From assembly GCA_963706325.1 (NCBI GenBank), contig CAVPLT010000006.1:128001-192000 (forward strand): a stretch of 64,000 nucleotides of DNA, read 5' to 3'. This document shows, in pieces, positions 33,242 to 43,044 of the stretch. Both the position numbers and the translations under genes were made by a program. Positions within the stretch are counted from its first letter, which is position 1; every line of letters begins with the position of its first letter. Origin of the DNA: an uncultured Nitrospiraceae bacterium. Its GTDB lineage: Bacteria; Nitrospirota; Nitrospiria; Nitrospirales; Nitrospiraceae. The notes under the pieces were generated by a model that was not told the origin of the DNA, ran no database searches, and saw nothing but the letters and a program-made list of their open reading frames with translations.

Positions 33242-33958
33242 TCATGCCAGTGACGCCTCTCCGCTTAACCAACCCTGATCTGCAAAACTGACATATCGAC
33301 CATCTCCCACAATGAGATGGTCGAGGACTTGAATCCCCAAGAGCGACCCGGCAGACACCAATCGAGCTGTGAGCACACGGTCCTCCTGGCTCGGGGTTGG
33401 ATCTCCGCTGGGATGGTTGTGGAGAAAAATCACCGCGGCGGCAGACGCCCGCAGCGCCGGGATAAAAACTTCTCGAGGATGCACAATACTCAATGTGAGG
33501 CTGCCTTCAGAGATCGTCACATCGCGAATAATCTGATTCTTGGCATCCAGCAGGACCACCCTGAAGATCTCGTGCCGCAGGTCACGCAGGCTCGGGTGGT
33601 AGTGCTTAAAAAGGTCCGCACTAGAGTTGATGCGCATGCCGGTGGTCAATGGGGACGACACGGCACGCTTGCCGACTTCCACAGCGGCCTTGAGTTGGGC
33701 AGCCTTGGCTGGCCCTACCCCCGGGACGGCACACAGTTCTTCAACACTGCAGTGCAGAAGACCGAAAATGCCTCCTATGCGCTCAAGCACGTCCATCGCA
33801 ACGTTCACCGCAGAGGCGTCTTGCCTCCCTACGCGCAATAAAATCGCGAGCAGTTGGGCATCGGATAGGGTTTCGGCTCCTTCGCAGAGCAACCGCTCGC
33901 GTGGGCGTTCTGTCTCAGGCCAATCCCCGATCCCACCCCCTGGTTTTTTCGGTGTCAT
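33242..33958 (-). CDS. radC: RadC/JAB domain protein (UPF0758)
   Basis: ERPRERL, HhH motif, VHPREVF, HNHPSGDPTPSQED. Confidence 0.95.
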   Translation of the reverse strand: MTPKKPGGGIGDWPETERPRERLLCEGAETLSDAQLLAILLRVGRQDASAVNVAMDVLERIGGIFGLLHCSVEELCAVPGVGPAKAAQLKAAVEVGKRAVSSPLTTGMRINSSADLFKHYHPSLRDLRHEIFRVVLLDAKNQIIRDVTISEGSLTLSIVHPREVFIPALRASAAAVIFLHNHPSGDPTPSQEDRVLTARLVSAGSLLGIQVLDHLIVGDGRYVSFADQGWLSGEASLA

Positions 33959-34082
33959 CTGAATTTTCTGCGACAAAAAAATGTCGCCCTGCACGTTTTT
34001 GTGCCGGTCACTTGACGCCTATCCGATCTCCTGCTAGGCACCCTAATCACATAACCCATTGAAACTATATGGTTTGACAATT

Positions 34083-34098
34083 TGGTGCAGCTCTTGCT
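34083..34098 (+). promoter_or_regulatory. Putative sigma54 (-24/-12) promoter
   Basis: TGGTGCAGCTCTTGCT (GG-N10-GC), 45 bp upstream of the ATG at 34143. Confidence 0.6.
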
Positions 34099-34142
34099 TC
34101 AGAGCAGTCACAGCTGTAAACGTCGCCGCCCAGGAGGAAAAA

Positions 34143-34316
34143 ATGGAATGTCCGAAATGCAAAGGCATGATGATGTTGGAACGGTTCTCAGATTTCTTTC
34201 TCATTTTCTACGCGTGGAAATGCATTAACTGTGGCGCCATCATTGACCGAACGATTTCAGCTAATCGAAGAAAGAGCCTCGCCGCTCGCGAAGCGCAGCC
34301 GGTGGCGACTCGCTAA
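34143..34316 (+). CDS. Small Zn-ribbon protein (57 aa)
   Basis: CPKC...WKCINCG; strong AGGAGG ribosome binding site. Confidence 0.85.
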   Translation: MECPKCKGMMMLERFSDFFLIFYAWKCINCGAIIDRTISANRRKSLAAREAQPVATR

Positions 34317-34417
34317 TCCGGCGGTCTTTCTGCTCGGTTCACCCTGTCGATTGATGGTGTGAGGGCCAGAACACTTTGGCCGCCTCCCCAGCTGTCGAAA
34401 TCGAGTTGTAAAAGAGC
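34268..34417 (-). ncRNA. Candidate structured small or antisense RNA
   Basis: Lies downstream of a near-consensus promoter and shows nested pairing GCTC/GAGC, TTTAC/GTGAA, TCGATT/AATCGA, GGCCA/TGGCC. Confidence 0.4.
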
Positions 34418-34423
34418 GACCTG

Positions 34424-34452
34424 ATTATAGCGAGCCCCTCCCCACGCGTCAA
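34424..34452 (-). promoter_or_regulatory. sigma70 promoter with no adjacent ORF
   Basis: Minus strand TTGACG-17 bp-TATAAT. Confidence 0.75.
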
Positions 34453-34627
34453 AGCGCGAACCCCCTCGTCGACGACTACAGCGCTCCCCGCCCGCTGCGG
34501 GGAGAAGATTCTCCTCGGTTTCCTTTCCGCTTTCTTCAGGGCTTCGTCACCTTGACCCCTTCAAAAACGCTATGTTAGAGTCTCCTGCTTCTAGCTAGAG
34601 ACGAATGATTTTCACCCGAATACGATC

Positions 34628-35200
34628 ATGCGCGTCATTGCAGGGGTGCATCGGGGCCGACGGTTGCTTGGTCCCAGGGGACAGGCTATTCGCCCGACAT
34701 CTGACCGAGTGAAGGAAGCCTTGTTTTCGATTCTTGGTGAGCGCACCACGGGAGCCCGCGTGCTCGATCTTTATGCCGGGACGGGGTCGATTGGAATTGA
34801 AGCCCTGAGCCGCGGCGCCGCACATGTGACCTTTGTCGAAGCCGACCGTACGGCACTCCGGCTGGTGCAGTCTAACCTGCAACATTGCGGTCTTGAACCA
34901 TCCGCGAGTATCTGCGCCTGCCAAGTCAGTCAATTTTTTCGCCGCACGATCCATTGGTCCGATCCCTACAACATCGTCTTCTGCGATCCACCCTATCAAT
35001 TGACGACGGAACTGATTGCTTTAGGGAATGAGTGGGACAGACGATGGTTCGCGGATGACGCCATCGTGATCCTGGAGCATGGACGGAAAGCACAGATTCC
35101 ACCGACACTGGGACCCCTCTCTCTAGTGAAGCGCTACGACTATGGCGACACGGCGCTCACACGATTTCAGGTCACCCAGAAAGAAACACCACCGTCATGA
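34628..35200 (+). CDS. rsmD: 16S rRNA m2G966 methyltransferase
   Basis: RPTSDRVKEALF, LDLYAGTG, DPPY. Confidence 0.96.
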   Translation: MRVIAGVHRGRRLLGPRGQAIRPTSDRVKEALFSILGERTTGARVLDLYAGTGSIGIEALSRGAAHVTFVEADRTALRLVQSNLQHCGLEPSASICACQVSQFFRRTIHWSDPYNIVFCDPPYQLTTELIALGNEWDRRWFADDAIVILEHGRKAQIPPTLGPLSLVKRYDYGDTALTRFQVTQKETPPS

Positions 35201-35685
35201 AAACTGCCGTTTATCCCGGCACATTCGATCCGATTACGCACGGACATAGTGATATAATCCGGCGGGGATTTCGAATGTTCGAGAAGGTCATCGTGGCGAT
35301 CGCACCCAACCCAAGCAAACATCCCTTTTTCAGTGTGAAGGAACGGCTGGAGATGGTCCGACTGGTCACGAAAGACCTGCCGAACTTAGAGGTCACGACG
35401 TTCGAAGGGCTACTGGTTGATTTTGTACGAAAAAGCGGCGCCCATGCCATCCTTCGAGGATTACGGGCTATTTCTGACTTCGAGCACGAGTTTCAGATGG
35501 CCCTCATCAATCGAAAACTAGCGGAAACGGTCGAAACGGTATTTCTGATGCCCAGCGAAGAGTATTCTTATCTGTCCTCCACCATCATCAAGGATGTCGC
35601 CAGCCACGGCGGGGCACTGCAGGACTTTGTGCATCCTGAAGTGGCCAGGAGACTCCAAGAACGAATTCGGAGCTTTAAAGGATGA
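35197..35685 (+). CDS. coaD: Phosphopantetheine adenylyltransferase
   Basis: YPGTFDPITHGH, RGLRAISDFEHE, SSTIIK. Confidence 0.98.
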   Translation: MKTAVYPGTFDPITHGHSDIIRRGFRMFEKVIVAIAPNPSKHPFFSVKERLEMVRLVTKDLPNLEVTTFEGLLVDFVRKSGAHAILRGLRAISDFEHEFQMALINRKLAETVETVFLMPSEEYSYLSSTIIKDVASHGGALQDFVHPEVARRLQERIRSFKG

Positions 35686-36875
35686 AACTTGCAGCCCGCG
35701 TCGGACGAATCGTCCCCTCTCCTACCCTCAGCATTACAGCCACTGCGAAGGCGATGGCGGCACAAGGAGTCGATGTCATTGATTTCGCCTCCGGAGAGCC
35801 GGATTTCGACACGCCTGAGCCGGTCAAGGCGGCTGCGGAAGCCGCGATTCGCGCCGGATTCACAAAGTACACGCCTTCATCTGGTATTGACGAATTACGG
35901 GACGCCATTGCGGACAAGCTGAAAACCGAACAGGGACTGCACTACGAAAAATCACAGATTCTCGTCTCCTGTGGCGCGAAGCATTCGCTTTACAATGTGG
36001 CGGAAGCGCTGTTAGAAGCGGGCGATGAGCTGATAATTCCGGTGCCCTTTTGGGTTTCCTACCAGGATCAGACGCTGCTCAACGACGCGACGCCGATCCT
36101 CCTGCAGACGCAGGAACGCGATGGATATACCATCACTCAGGAAGCGCTCGAAGCCGTTGTTACGCCACGGACCAAGGCTATCATCGTCAATAGTCCCTGT
36201 AACCCGACCGGCGCCACGTACGATCGGAAAACCCTCGAGGGAATCGCCGCCGTGGCCTTACGCCACAACCTCGTGATTATTTCGGACGAGATTTATGAGA
36301 AAGTGCTCTACGACGGCTTCGAGCACATCAGCATCGCCACATTAAGCCCTGAGGTGGCCGCGAGAACCGTCGTCATCAACGGTGTTTCGAAAGCCTATGC
36401 GATGACGGGTTGGCGGATCGGCTATGCGGCAGGACCGAAGCCGTTGCTAACGGCCATGGCCAATATCCAAAGCCAAAGCACGTCCAATCCCTGTTCGATT
36501 TCGCAGAAGGCGGCCGTGGCGGCGTTACGCCTAGCAGCCCCCTTCACGAAAATAATGGTGGCGGAATTCGACCGACGTCGGCGCGTGATGGTGGATCGGC
36601 TCAACCGCATGCCCGGGGTGACGTGCTCTATGCCGACTGGAGCCTTCTATGCCTTCCCGAATGTGAGCGGCTTGTTAGCCCGACGCTGGAAGGATCGGCC
36701 GATCGGCTCTGCCGCCGACCTGGCAACCTATTTGCTCAACGAGGCTCAAGTGGCAGTCGTCCCCGGTGAACCGTTTGGAAGTGGATGCCATATTCGGCTG
36801 TCCTATGCCACTGCCATGGAGGGCGTCGAGCGAGGGTTGACCCGTATCGAAACGGCGATTCGTCGCCTTTCGTAG
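35682..36875 (+). CDS. aspC: Aspartate aminotransferase (class I PLP enzyme)
   Basis: GEPDFDTP, NPTG, SDEIY, SKAYAMTGWRIGY. Confidence 0.92.
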   Translation: MKLAARVGRIVPSPTLSITATAKAMAAQGVDVIDFASGEPDFDTPEPVKAAAEAAIRAGFTKYTPSSGIDELRDAIADKLKTEQGLHYEKSQILVSCGAKHSLYNVAEALLEAGDELIIPVPFWVSYQDQTLLNDATPILLQTQERDGYTITQEALEAVVTPRTKAIIVNSPCNPTGATYDRKTLEGIAAVALRHNLVIISDEIYEKVLYDGFEHISIATLSPEVAARTVVINGVSKAYAMTGWRIGYAAGPKPLLTAMANIQSQSTSNPCSISQKAAVAALRLAAPFTKIMVAEFDRRRRVMVDRLNRMPGVTCSMPTGAFYAFPNVSGLLARRWKDRPIGSAADLATYLLNEAQVAVVPGEPFGSGCHIRLSYATAMEGVERGLTRIETAIRRLS

Positions 36876-37005
36876 AACAGATGAATATACCCAAAGCCAT
36901 TCCCTTGATTTCTGGCGAAGAGAGGCTACAAGTAAGAGAGCAGGTCAGCGAATTGCACCACACAGGCCCAACCAGATTACGGTCTGATGACAGGAGGATA
37001 GCCCA

Positions 37006-37410
37006 GTGCCGATCTATGAATATCAATGTGTCAGCTGTGCTCATCGTTTTGAATTAAAGCAGAGCATGAAGGACGACCCCATCAAGGAATGTCCTCGTTG
37101 CGGCAAGGAAGTGACTAAGTTAATTTCTTCACCCGCCATCATGTTCAAAGGTAGCGGGTGGTATATCACCGATTATTCGGACAAGATGAAGCCTGGTTCA
37201 GGAGGTGACTCGCCGGAGAAAGCGGCAGCTCCCGGGTCAGAGAAAACGAAAACTCCCGCCTCATCCGAGACGACGACCGCCGGCTCTTCATCGACGCCCG
37301 CTCCGACACCCTCCGCCCCCGCTGCTTCCGGCTCAGCCACCACACCCAGTACGAGCACGCCCAGCACCGGGTCTGCTAGTTCGAGCTCCTCGTCTTCTTC
37401 AGCGGCCTGA
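37006..37410 (+). CDS. FmdB family zinc-ribbon protein with Ser/Thr/Pro-rich tail
   Basis: MPIYEYQC..C...CPRCG...FKGSGWYITDY. Confidence 0.93.
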   Translation: MPIYEYQCVSCAHRFELKQSMKDDPIKECPRCGKEVTKLISSPAIMFKGSGWYITDYSDKMKPGSGGDSPEKAAAPGSEKTKTPASSETTTAGSSSTPAPTPSAPAASGSATTPSTSTPSTGSASSSSSSSSAA

Positions 37411-37511
37411 CGGTCGGAGGAACGCAGAGGAATCCTATCCACCCTCTTCGACGGGCGAAGGCACGTGCTCTACGCCTGTTGAGCAGGTGCGATGGTCCTG
37501 GCAGAGATATG

Positions 37512-37967
37512 CTACGGGGTGCTTCGTCTAGTTGGAGCGGGTTTTGCTTTCTTGGCGCTGGTCGACTTGCCGGAAGATTTCACCGTTGCTTTGGCTCCGG
37601 CCTTGAGGGGTTTCTTCACAGCGGCTTTCGCGGTAGGCTTGACGGCGTGACTCTTCGCGGCCTTCACCGCGTGCTCTCTGGCCGACGCGATCGTGTGCTC
37701 TAAATTAGCAATCATCGCCGATTTTTCTTTGTTCACCCGCGTCAAATCTTCCACGCGAATCTGCAATTCTTCCTTTGCCTTGTTCGCGGCATTGAGCTGA
37801 TTCTGGAGCAGGGCTTTGTCCGCCGCAGATTGCTGAGCTTCAGAGTGCAACTGTTCAATTTGAGCCTGCAGCGCGGGTGGCCAGAAGTCGCATCCAGTCA
37901 GCAGAAGCATGGCGCCGACTCCGAGCGCAGACAGTTGCATCACGGCGCGATGAGATCGAGTGAGCAT
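37512..37967 (-). CDS. Hypothetical lipoprotein (coiled coil, Lys/Ala-rich tail)
   Basis: LTGC lipobox; GGAGG ribosome binding site. Confidence 0.75.
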   Translation of the reverse strand: MLTRSHRAVMQLSALGVGAMLLLTGCDFWPPALQAQIEQLHSEAQQSAADKALLQNQLNAANKAKEELQIRVEDLTRVNKEKSAMIANLEHTIASAREHAVKAAKSHAVKPTAKAAVKKPLKAGAKATVKSSGKSTSAKKAKPAPTRRSTP

Positions 37968-38015
37968 AGATAATCCTCCAATGAGGGTGAATTATACCGA
38001 CAACCGAACGTCAAA

Positions 38016-38663
38016 TCATAATGAAAGTGTATAGCCCTGCGATGAAAGCGCCTCACGAATGACATCCGTTGACAGGGCGCCGGGTCGAAGCAGCCGGGGA
38101 CGGTCACAGGCATCAACAATGGTGGAAGCCCGGCCACCTGGTGTACGACCTCCGTCCAAAATCATATCAAGCGCGGAACCCAATGCGCGCTCTACGTCGG
38201 CCGCATTACTGAGAGACGGTTCAGATGATCGGTTTGCGCTCGTCCCGGTGACGGGACCCGTCTTGGACAAGAGTCTCCTGAGATAGGGCAAGGGCGACAG
38301 GCGAATTCCTATGGTTCCCGTCCCGGCTGTCAGCAATGAAGGCAGATCTGCGGCGGCTGGAAATACGATGGTCAAGGGCCCAGGCCACAACTGCTCCATG
38401 AGGACGGCAGCGGCAGGCGGAATCCTCGCCACCAATTGGTCCAGTTGGCCGTGGTTGCCAATGAGGACCAAAATCGGTTTATCGGACGGTCGGCCCTTGA
38501 TTTCAAATAGGCGGCGTAAGGCCTGTCGCTGAGTGGGAAGCACCGCCAGACCGTACGAGGTTTCGGTGGGAATGGCGATGACACCCCCCGCGGCCAACAC
38601 CCGTTGCACCTCCGGTAGGATCGTCTCGCAGGTCTGGTCGTTGAAGGGAAGAAGGAGAGCCAT
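38016..38663 (-). CDS. tsaC: L-threonylcarbamoyladenylate synthase (YrdC/TsaC)
   Basis: PTETSYGL, KGRPSDKP, WPGPLT, TSANRS. Confidence 0.93.
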   Translation of the reverse strand: MALLLPFNDQTCETILPEVQRVLAAGGVIAIPTETSYGLAVLPTQRQALRRLFEIKGRPSDKPILVLIGNHGQLDQLVARIPPAAAVLMEQLWPGPLTIVFPAAADLPSLLTAGTGTIGIRLSPLPYLRRLLSKTGPVTGTSANRSSEPSLSNAADVERALGSALDMILDGGRTPGGRASTIVDACDRPRLLRPGALSTDVIREALSSQGYTLSL

Positions 38664-38684
38664 GCTGCTGACGCACGTATTCGC

Positions 38685-39962
38685 TCAGGCCTTGCGTGGC
38701 AAGGCCCGATGCGCGATGTCGGTTCGATAATGTCGTCCGTCAAACAGAATGGAAGGCAGGGCCCGGTAGACGTGTTCCCTGACATCAAGAAGAGACTGGC
38801 CCCAGGCCGTGACGGCCAATACTCGTCCCCCATCGGTCACTACATGCTCCGCCTGCCGCTTTGTTCCCGCATGGAACACAACGACCGGCGAGTCGAGCGG
38901 CTGGTCTGTCAATCCATGAATGGGCAAGCCGGTGCGGTACGGGCCGGGATAGCCGGGCGACGTCATCACCACACAGACCGCCGTGTCGCGATGCCATTCG
39001 ACCGTGAGTTGATCCAGACGATGATCAACCACCGCCTCCATGATCTCGATCAGATCCGTCTTGAGCAACGGCACCACGACCTCTGTCTCCGGATCACCCA
39101 TTCGCGCGTTGAATTCGATGACATAGGGTGAGCCTTTCACCACCATAAGCTCTGCGTAGAGCACACCCTGAAAAGGACAACCGAGCCGAGCCAGCGCATC
39201 GACCGTCGGCTGCAGCACTTCACGCATCACCTGTTCTCGGAGCGCGGTCGACGCGATAGGCGCCGGAGCATAGGCGCCCATTCCACCGGTGTTCGGACCG
39301 GTATCGCCATCCCCCACCCGTTTGTGGTCCTGGGCCGGCAGCATTGGAACCACGGTCTTCCCATCGGTGAACGCCATGATGGTCAGCTCTTCGCCATCGA
39401 GAAATTCTTCGATCAAGACACGGTGCCCAGCTTGGCCGAAAACAGATTTTTCCATGGCGGCGCGGACTGCCTGCCGAGCTTCCTCGCGTGTCGTCGCCAC
39501 CACCACTCCTTTGCCCTGCGCCAGTCCGTCCGCCTTCACCACAATAGGAACGGGGTGTTCCTCAAGATAGTTTAACGCCTGGCCCATCTGATCGAAGCTG
39601 CGTGCCGCCGCAGTCGGAATTCGATTGGCGGCCATGATGTCCTTAGCGAAGCTCTTGCTGGACTCCAGTCGCGCTGCGGCTTTGGTCGGGCCGAATATTC
39701 TCAGTCGCGCTTTTCGGAATTCATCGGCGATGCCCAGCGCCAACGGCGCCTCAGGGCCGACCACCGTGAGATCGATCTGCTCCTTGAGCGCAAACGCCTT
39801 GAGCCCATCGAGATCATCCGCCTTGATCGGAACACAGGTGGCCAGACCTTCGATGCCGGCGTTCCCCGGTGCGCAAAAAATCTGCGGCTTGCGTGGGCTC
39901 TGGCTGATCTTCCAGACCAGGGCATGTTCGCGACCGCCACTGCCGACGACGAGAATCTTCAC
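38685..39962 (-). CDS. purD: Phosphoribosylamine--glycine ligase
   Basis: GSGGREHAL, QDHKR..DGDTGPNTGGMGAY, GDPE. Confidence 0.98.
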   Translation of the reverse strand: MKILVVGSGGREHALVWKISQSPRKPQIFCAPGNAGIEGLATCVPIKADDLDGLKAFALKEQIDLTVVGPEAPLALGIADEFRKARLRIFGPTKAAARLESSKSFAKDIMAANRIPTAAARSFDQMGQALNYLEEHPVPIVVKADGLAQGKGVVVATTREEARQAVRAAMEKSVFGQAGHRVLIEEFLDGEELTIMAFTDGKTVVPMLPAQDHKRVGDGDTGPNTGGMGAYAPAPIASTALREQVMREVLQPTVDALARLGCPFQGVLYAELMVVKGSPYVIEFNARMGDPETEVVVPLLKTDLIEIMEAVVDHRLDQLTVEWHRDTAVCVVMTSPGYPGPYRTGLPIHGLTDQPLDSPVVVFHAGTKRQAEHVVTDGGRVLAVTAWGQSLLDVREHVYRALPSILFDGRHYRTDIAHRALPRKA

Positions 39963-40045
39963 AGCTCAACCTTTACATGAAGTGATGAAAAGATAGGGGA
40001 CGTAGCTCATTCAGGGATTCCTTCTGAGCCTGTCCGTGAGGTTTC

Positions 40046-40273
40046 TCAAAATGGTCACCCATCAAGGCCCGAGTGAGTCCAGGCGCCGAGGCGTACGCTT
40101 GGTACGTTGAGACGGAAGGACGAACGAGAATGCGGCGGCGGATCTCCTGATGGCACTCAAACGGGTCGGCCAACAAGGCCGCAGGCAAGAAAAACCCGAA
40201 GGCGTAGCCTCTGGCTACGTTGAGGATTTTTCGAGCCGAGCACGAAGTTGGAGGCCCGTTTCAATGCCCATCA
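40046..40273. repeat. Two tandem family-A repeats (about 40046-40140 and 40148-40273)
   Basis: CAAGGCC cores; hairpins CGTACGCTTGGTACG and CGTAGCCTCTGGCTACG; terminal inverted repeats TGATGGCACTCAAACGGG / CCCGTTTCAATGCCCATCA. Confidence 0.75.
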
Positions 40274-41824
40274 ATGGCGGAAGTGGCGCATGCCCGTCAA
40301 AATCATCGCCATCCCATGTTCATCCACCGCTTTAGTCACCTCGGCGTCACGGATCGAACCGCCGGGCTGAATGACGCAGGTAATCCCCGCCTCTGCCGCC
40401 GCATCGATTCCGTCACGGAAGGGGAAAAATGCATCGGACGCCATGACACAGCCCTTCACCGTCGACTGGGCCTTCATGACGGCGAGTTTCACAGAATCGA
40501 CCCGGCTCATCTGCCCGGCGCCGATCCCCACAATTTCACCGGGACGGCCGTAGATGATGGCGTTGGACTTCACATGCTTACAGACCACCCAGGCAAATGC
40601 ACAGGCCGCATATTCCTCTTCGGTCGGCTTCCGCGAGGTCGGAACCGCCAAGGCTTTGATGTCCTTGATCACGCCCAAATCACGATCCTGCACGATTAAC
40701 CCACCCACCAATTTCTTAAGATCGTATCCTTCGGCGGTGGCTTTTGTGAGCGGACCGACATCCAGGAGGCGAATATCTTTTTTGCGTTTCAGTTCAGCCA
40801 GCGCGTCTTCCGCAAAGCCCGGCGCAATCACGACTTCGACAAACGTCGAGGTGATCTCCTTCGCCGCCGCGAGATCTACGGGGCGATTAAAGGCGATCAC
40901 GCCTCCGAACGCCGACACCGGATCGGTTGACCGAGCCTTCACATAGGCCTCTACCGGAGTTGCACCAAGTGCGCAACCGCAGGGGTTATTATGTTTGATG
41001 ATCGCGACGGCCGTCTGATCAAACTCCTTCACGAGTTCGAGCGCCGAATTCGAATCAAGGAAGTTATTGTAAGACATAGCTTTGCCGTGCAAAATTTTTC
41101 CGCGCGACACGGCCGGTTCTTTGGCGTTCACTTCCCGGTAGAACGCCCCCTGCTGATGGGGATTTTCTCCGTAGCGCAGCGTCTCCACACGTTCAAACTG
41201 GAGGGAGAGGATGGCGGGGAATTTTACCTCACTCCCCTGCACCTGTTTCTCAAGGTAGCCTGCGATGAGGCTGTCGTAGCGAGCGGTATGCTGAAAGACC
41301 TTCATGGCAAGTTCGAGCCGCAACGCCGGCGTGACGGAGTCGGCTTTCAAAGCCTCCAGCACGCGACCATAGTCGGCCGGATCAACAAGGACCAACACGT
41401 CTTCATGGTTCTTCGCCGCAGACCGCAGCATAGACGGACCGCCGATATCGATATTTTCAATCGCTTCCTCAATCGGACAATTGGGCTTCGCAATGGTCGC
41501 TTCAAAGGGATACAAATTCACCACGACAACGTCGATGTTGCCGATGCCATGTTGCTGCATCTGCGATACATGGTCGGGAACCCGGCGACGGCCGAGCAAA
41601 CCGCCGTGAATTTTTGGGTGTAACGTTTTGACCCGGCCATCCAGGATCTCCGGGGACCCCGTGTAAGCGGCAACATCCGTGACCGCCACACCCGCTTCTC
41701 GCAAGGCTTTCGCGGTGCCGCCGGTAGAAAGTACCTCGGCACCAAGGGAAGCCAAGCCTTTGGCCATTTCGACGACTCCAGTCTTGTCAGAAACACTGAT
41801 CAGTGCCCGCGCAATGCTGGCCAT
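40271..41824 (-). CDS. purH: AICAR transformylase / IMP cyclohydrolase
   Basis: [38 protein letters not shown]. Confidence 0.99.
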   Translation of the reverse strand: MASIARALISVSDKTGVVEMAKGLASLGAEVLSTGGTAKALREAGVAVTDVAAYTGSPEILDGRVKTLHPKIHGGLLGRRRVPDHVSQMQQHGIGNIDVVVVNLYPFEATIAKPNCPIEEAIENIDIGGPSMLRSAAKNHEDVLVLVDPADYGRVLEALKADSVTPALRLELAMKVFQHTARYDSLIAGYLEKQVQGSEVKFPAILSLQFERVETLRYGENPHQQGAFYREVNAKEPAVSRGKILHGKAMSYNNFLDSNSALELVKEFDQTAVAIIKHNNPCGCALGATPVEAYVKARSTDPVSAFGGVIAFNRPVDLAAAKEITSTFVEVVIAPGFAEDALAELKRKKDIRLLDVGPLTKATAEGYDLKKLVGGLIVQDRDLGVIKDIKALAVPTSRKPTEEEYAACAFAWVVCKHVKSNAIIYGRPGEIVGIGAGQMSRVDSVKLAVMKAQSTVKGCVMASDAFFPFRDGIDAAAEAGITCVIQPGGSIRDAEVTKAVDEHGMAMILTGMRHFRH

Positions 41825-42146
41825 GAGGAACTCCTTCAAGTATCGCTATCGTGTGGGTGAGTAAATATCAGACGAAAAGCGGCGTGAGAATATCAGATGG
41901 CCGGAGGCCACTGCAAGCCGACAACGGTCCATGCCTTGAAAAAGCAATCCGGTGATACTGAATTGATGCCATGACCCTCACGAATGCCGCTAGCATGCAT
42001 CTGAGCGATATGATACCCTGCCCGTTAGCGCGTGACGTGACGCAATAATTTAATGAAGTAACGCTCGAAGTCTGAAGACAACTCCAACCCTCTAGAACTT
42101 GGATGCCGCAGTCGGGCCTCGCGCCTGGGGCAATAAGGGCTTGCGC

Positions 42147-43040
42147 ATGTCGCGCGGAATTATTCTCGGAGTCGGACTCCTTGCTCTCACATTCCTGGCG
42201 TTCCTCTGTATCCCTCGCCATCTGCCGGGGACGCCGTCCGCGTCTGTCCGCCCTAGCTTCAGCGCCAGCCTCGAGAACGGGCAATTGACGCTCTCCGGTG
42301 TCGTGGGCAGCGCAGAAGCGAAACAGGCTGCGCTGGATCGTGCCCACGAGTTGGCGAAGATCGGCAAACTACACGTCACCGATGACCTCAAGGTCGTGGC
42401 GGGTAGCGATGGAGCCGGATGGGAAACTCTGTTGCCCGCGCTGCTCACGCCATTCTCAACCTTGCATCACCATCAGGCCACCCTGTCGGTTTCGGGTCAC
42501 ACCGCCACGGTCAAAGGCGCCGTCGCATCCGGCGAGGCGAAAACAACACTTCTTCATGATGTGACAGCACTTCTCGGCGCCTCGATGAAAGTGCAGGATC
42601 AAGTGGTCGTCACGCCGACCCTCATGGCCGACCTTCCTGCCGGCCAAGCACCGGCGATTCCGCATCAATCCCGCGCCCGGGTTCAGTCAGGTCTCGATGA
42701 GCTGTTGCGAGGGGAGCATATCGCATTTGAGAGCAACAGCGCCGTCCTCACCTCCAAAGGACGATCCGTGATCGACAAACTGGTTCCGGCCCTTAAACGT
42801 GCGCCCGATGCGGTGATCGAAATCGGCGGGCATACCGATTCGTACGGCGATCCTGATTACAACCTGCAACTGAGTCGCATGCGGGCCGAAGCAGTCCGTC
42901 AGTATCTGGTCGACCACGCGGTGACGAATCGCCTCACCGCCGTCGGATATGGATCGACGCGCCCACTTGCCCCCGAACGGACGCGCGCCGCGTCAAAAAA
43001 GAACCGGCGCATCGAATTTCGCGTGAAAGAGGAACGGTGA
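42147..43040 (+). CDS. Membrane-anchored BON plus OmpA-C domain protein (Rv0899/ArfA-like)
   Basis: N-terminal TM, two BON-like repeats (LTLSGVV; ATVKGAV), GHTD...NLQLSRMRA, NRRIEF. Confidence 0.85.
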   Translation: MSRGIILGVGLLALTFLAFLCIPRHLPGTPSASVRPSFSASLENGQLTLSGVVGSAEAKQAALDRAHELAKIGKLHVTDDLKVVAGSDGAGWETLLPALLTPFSTLHHHQATLSVSGHTATVKGAVASGEAKTTLLHDVTALLGASMKVQDQVVVTPTLMADLPAGQAPAIPHQSRARVQSGLDELLRGEHIAFESNSAVLTSKGRSVIDKLVPALKRAPDAVIEIGGHTDSYGDPDYNLQLSRMRAEAVRQYLVDHAVTNRLTAVGYGSTRPLAPERTRAASKKNRRIEFRVKEER

Positions 43041-43044
43041 ACGT

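Noticed and set aside
33242..33958. radC as a marker of a mobile element
   Set aside because: It is the full-length chromosomal type in a core context, with no integrase or att sites seen.
34322..34420. SRP RNA or tRNA identity for the rod-like RNA
   Set aside because: The CAGG...AGCAG spacing and GNRA loop do not fit SRP helix 8, and there is no cloverleaf or T-loop.
39140..39165. purD YAELM instead of the usual YAGLM
   Set aside because: A single substitution in an otherwise intact gene; it cannot be distinguished from polymorphism or sequencing error.
40046..40273. CRISPR array in the tandem repeats (also 53330-53602)
   Set aside because: The units are long and degenerate, not identical short repeats with spacers, and no cas genes are present.
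41825..42140. ZMP/ZTP riboswitch upstream of purH
   Set aside because: The conserved GACUGGCG...CGCCUGGG elements are absent on the purH strand. A CGCCTGGGG near 42122 is on the wrong strand and lacks the 5' domain.
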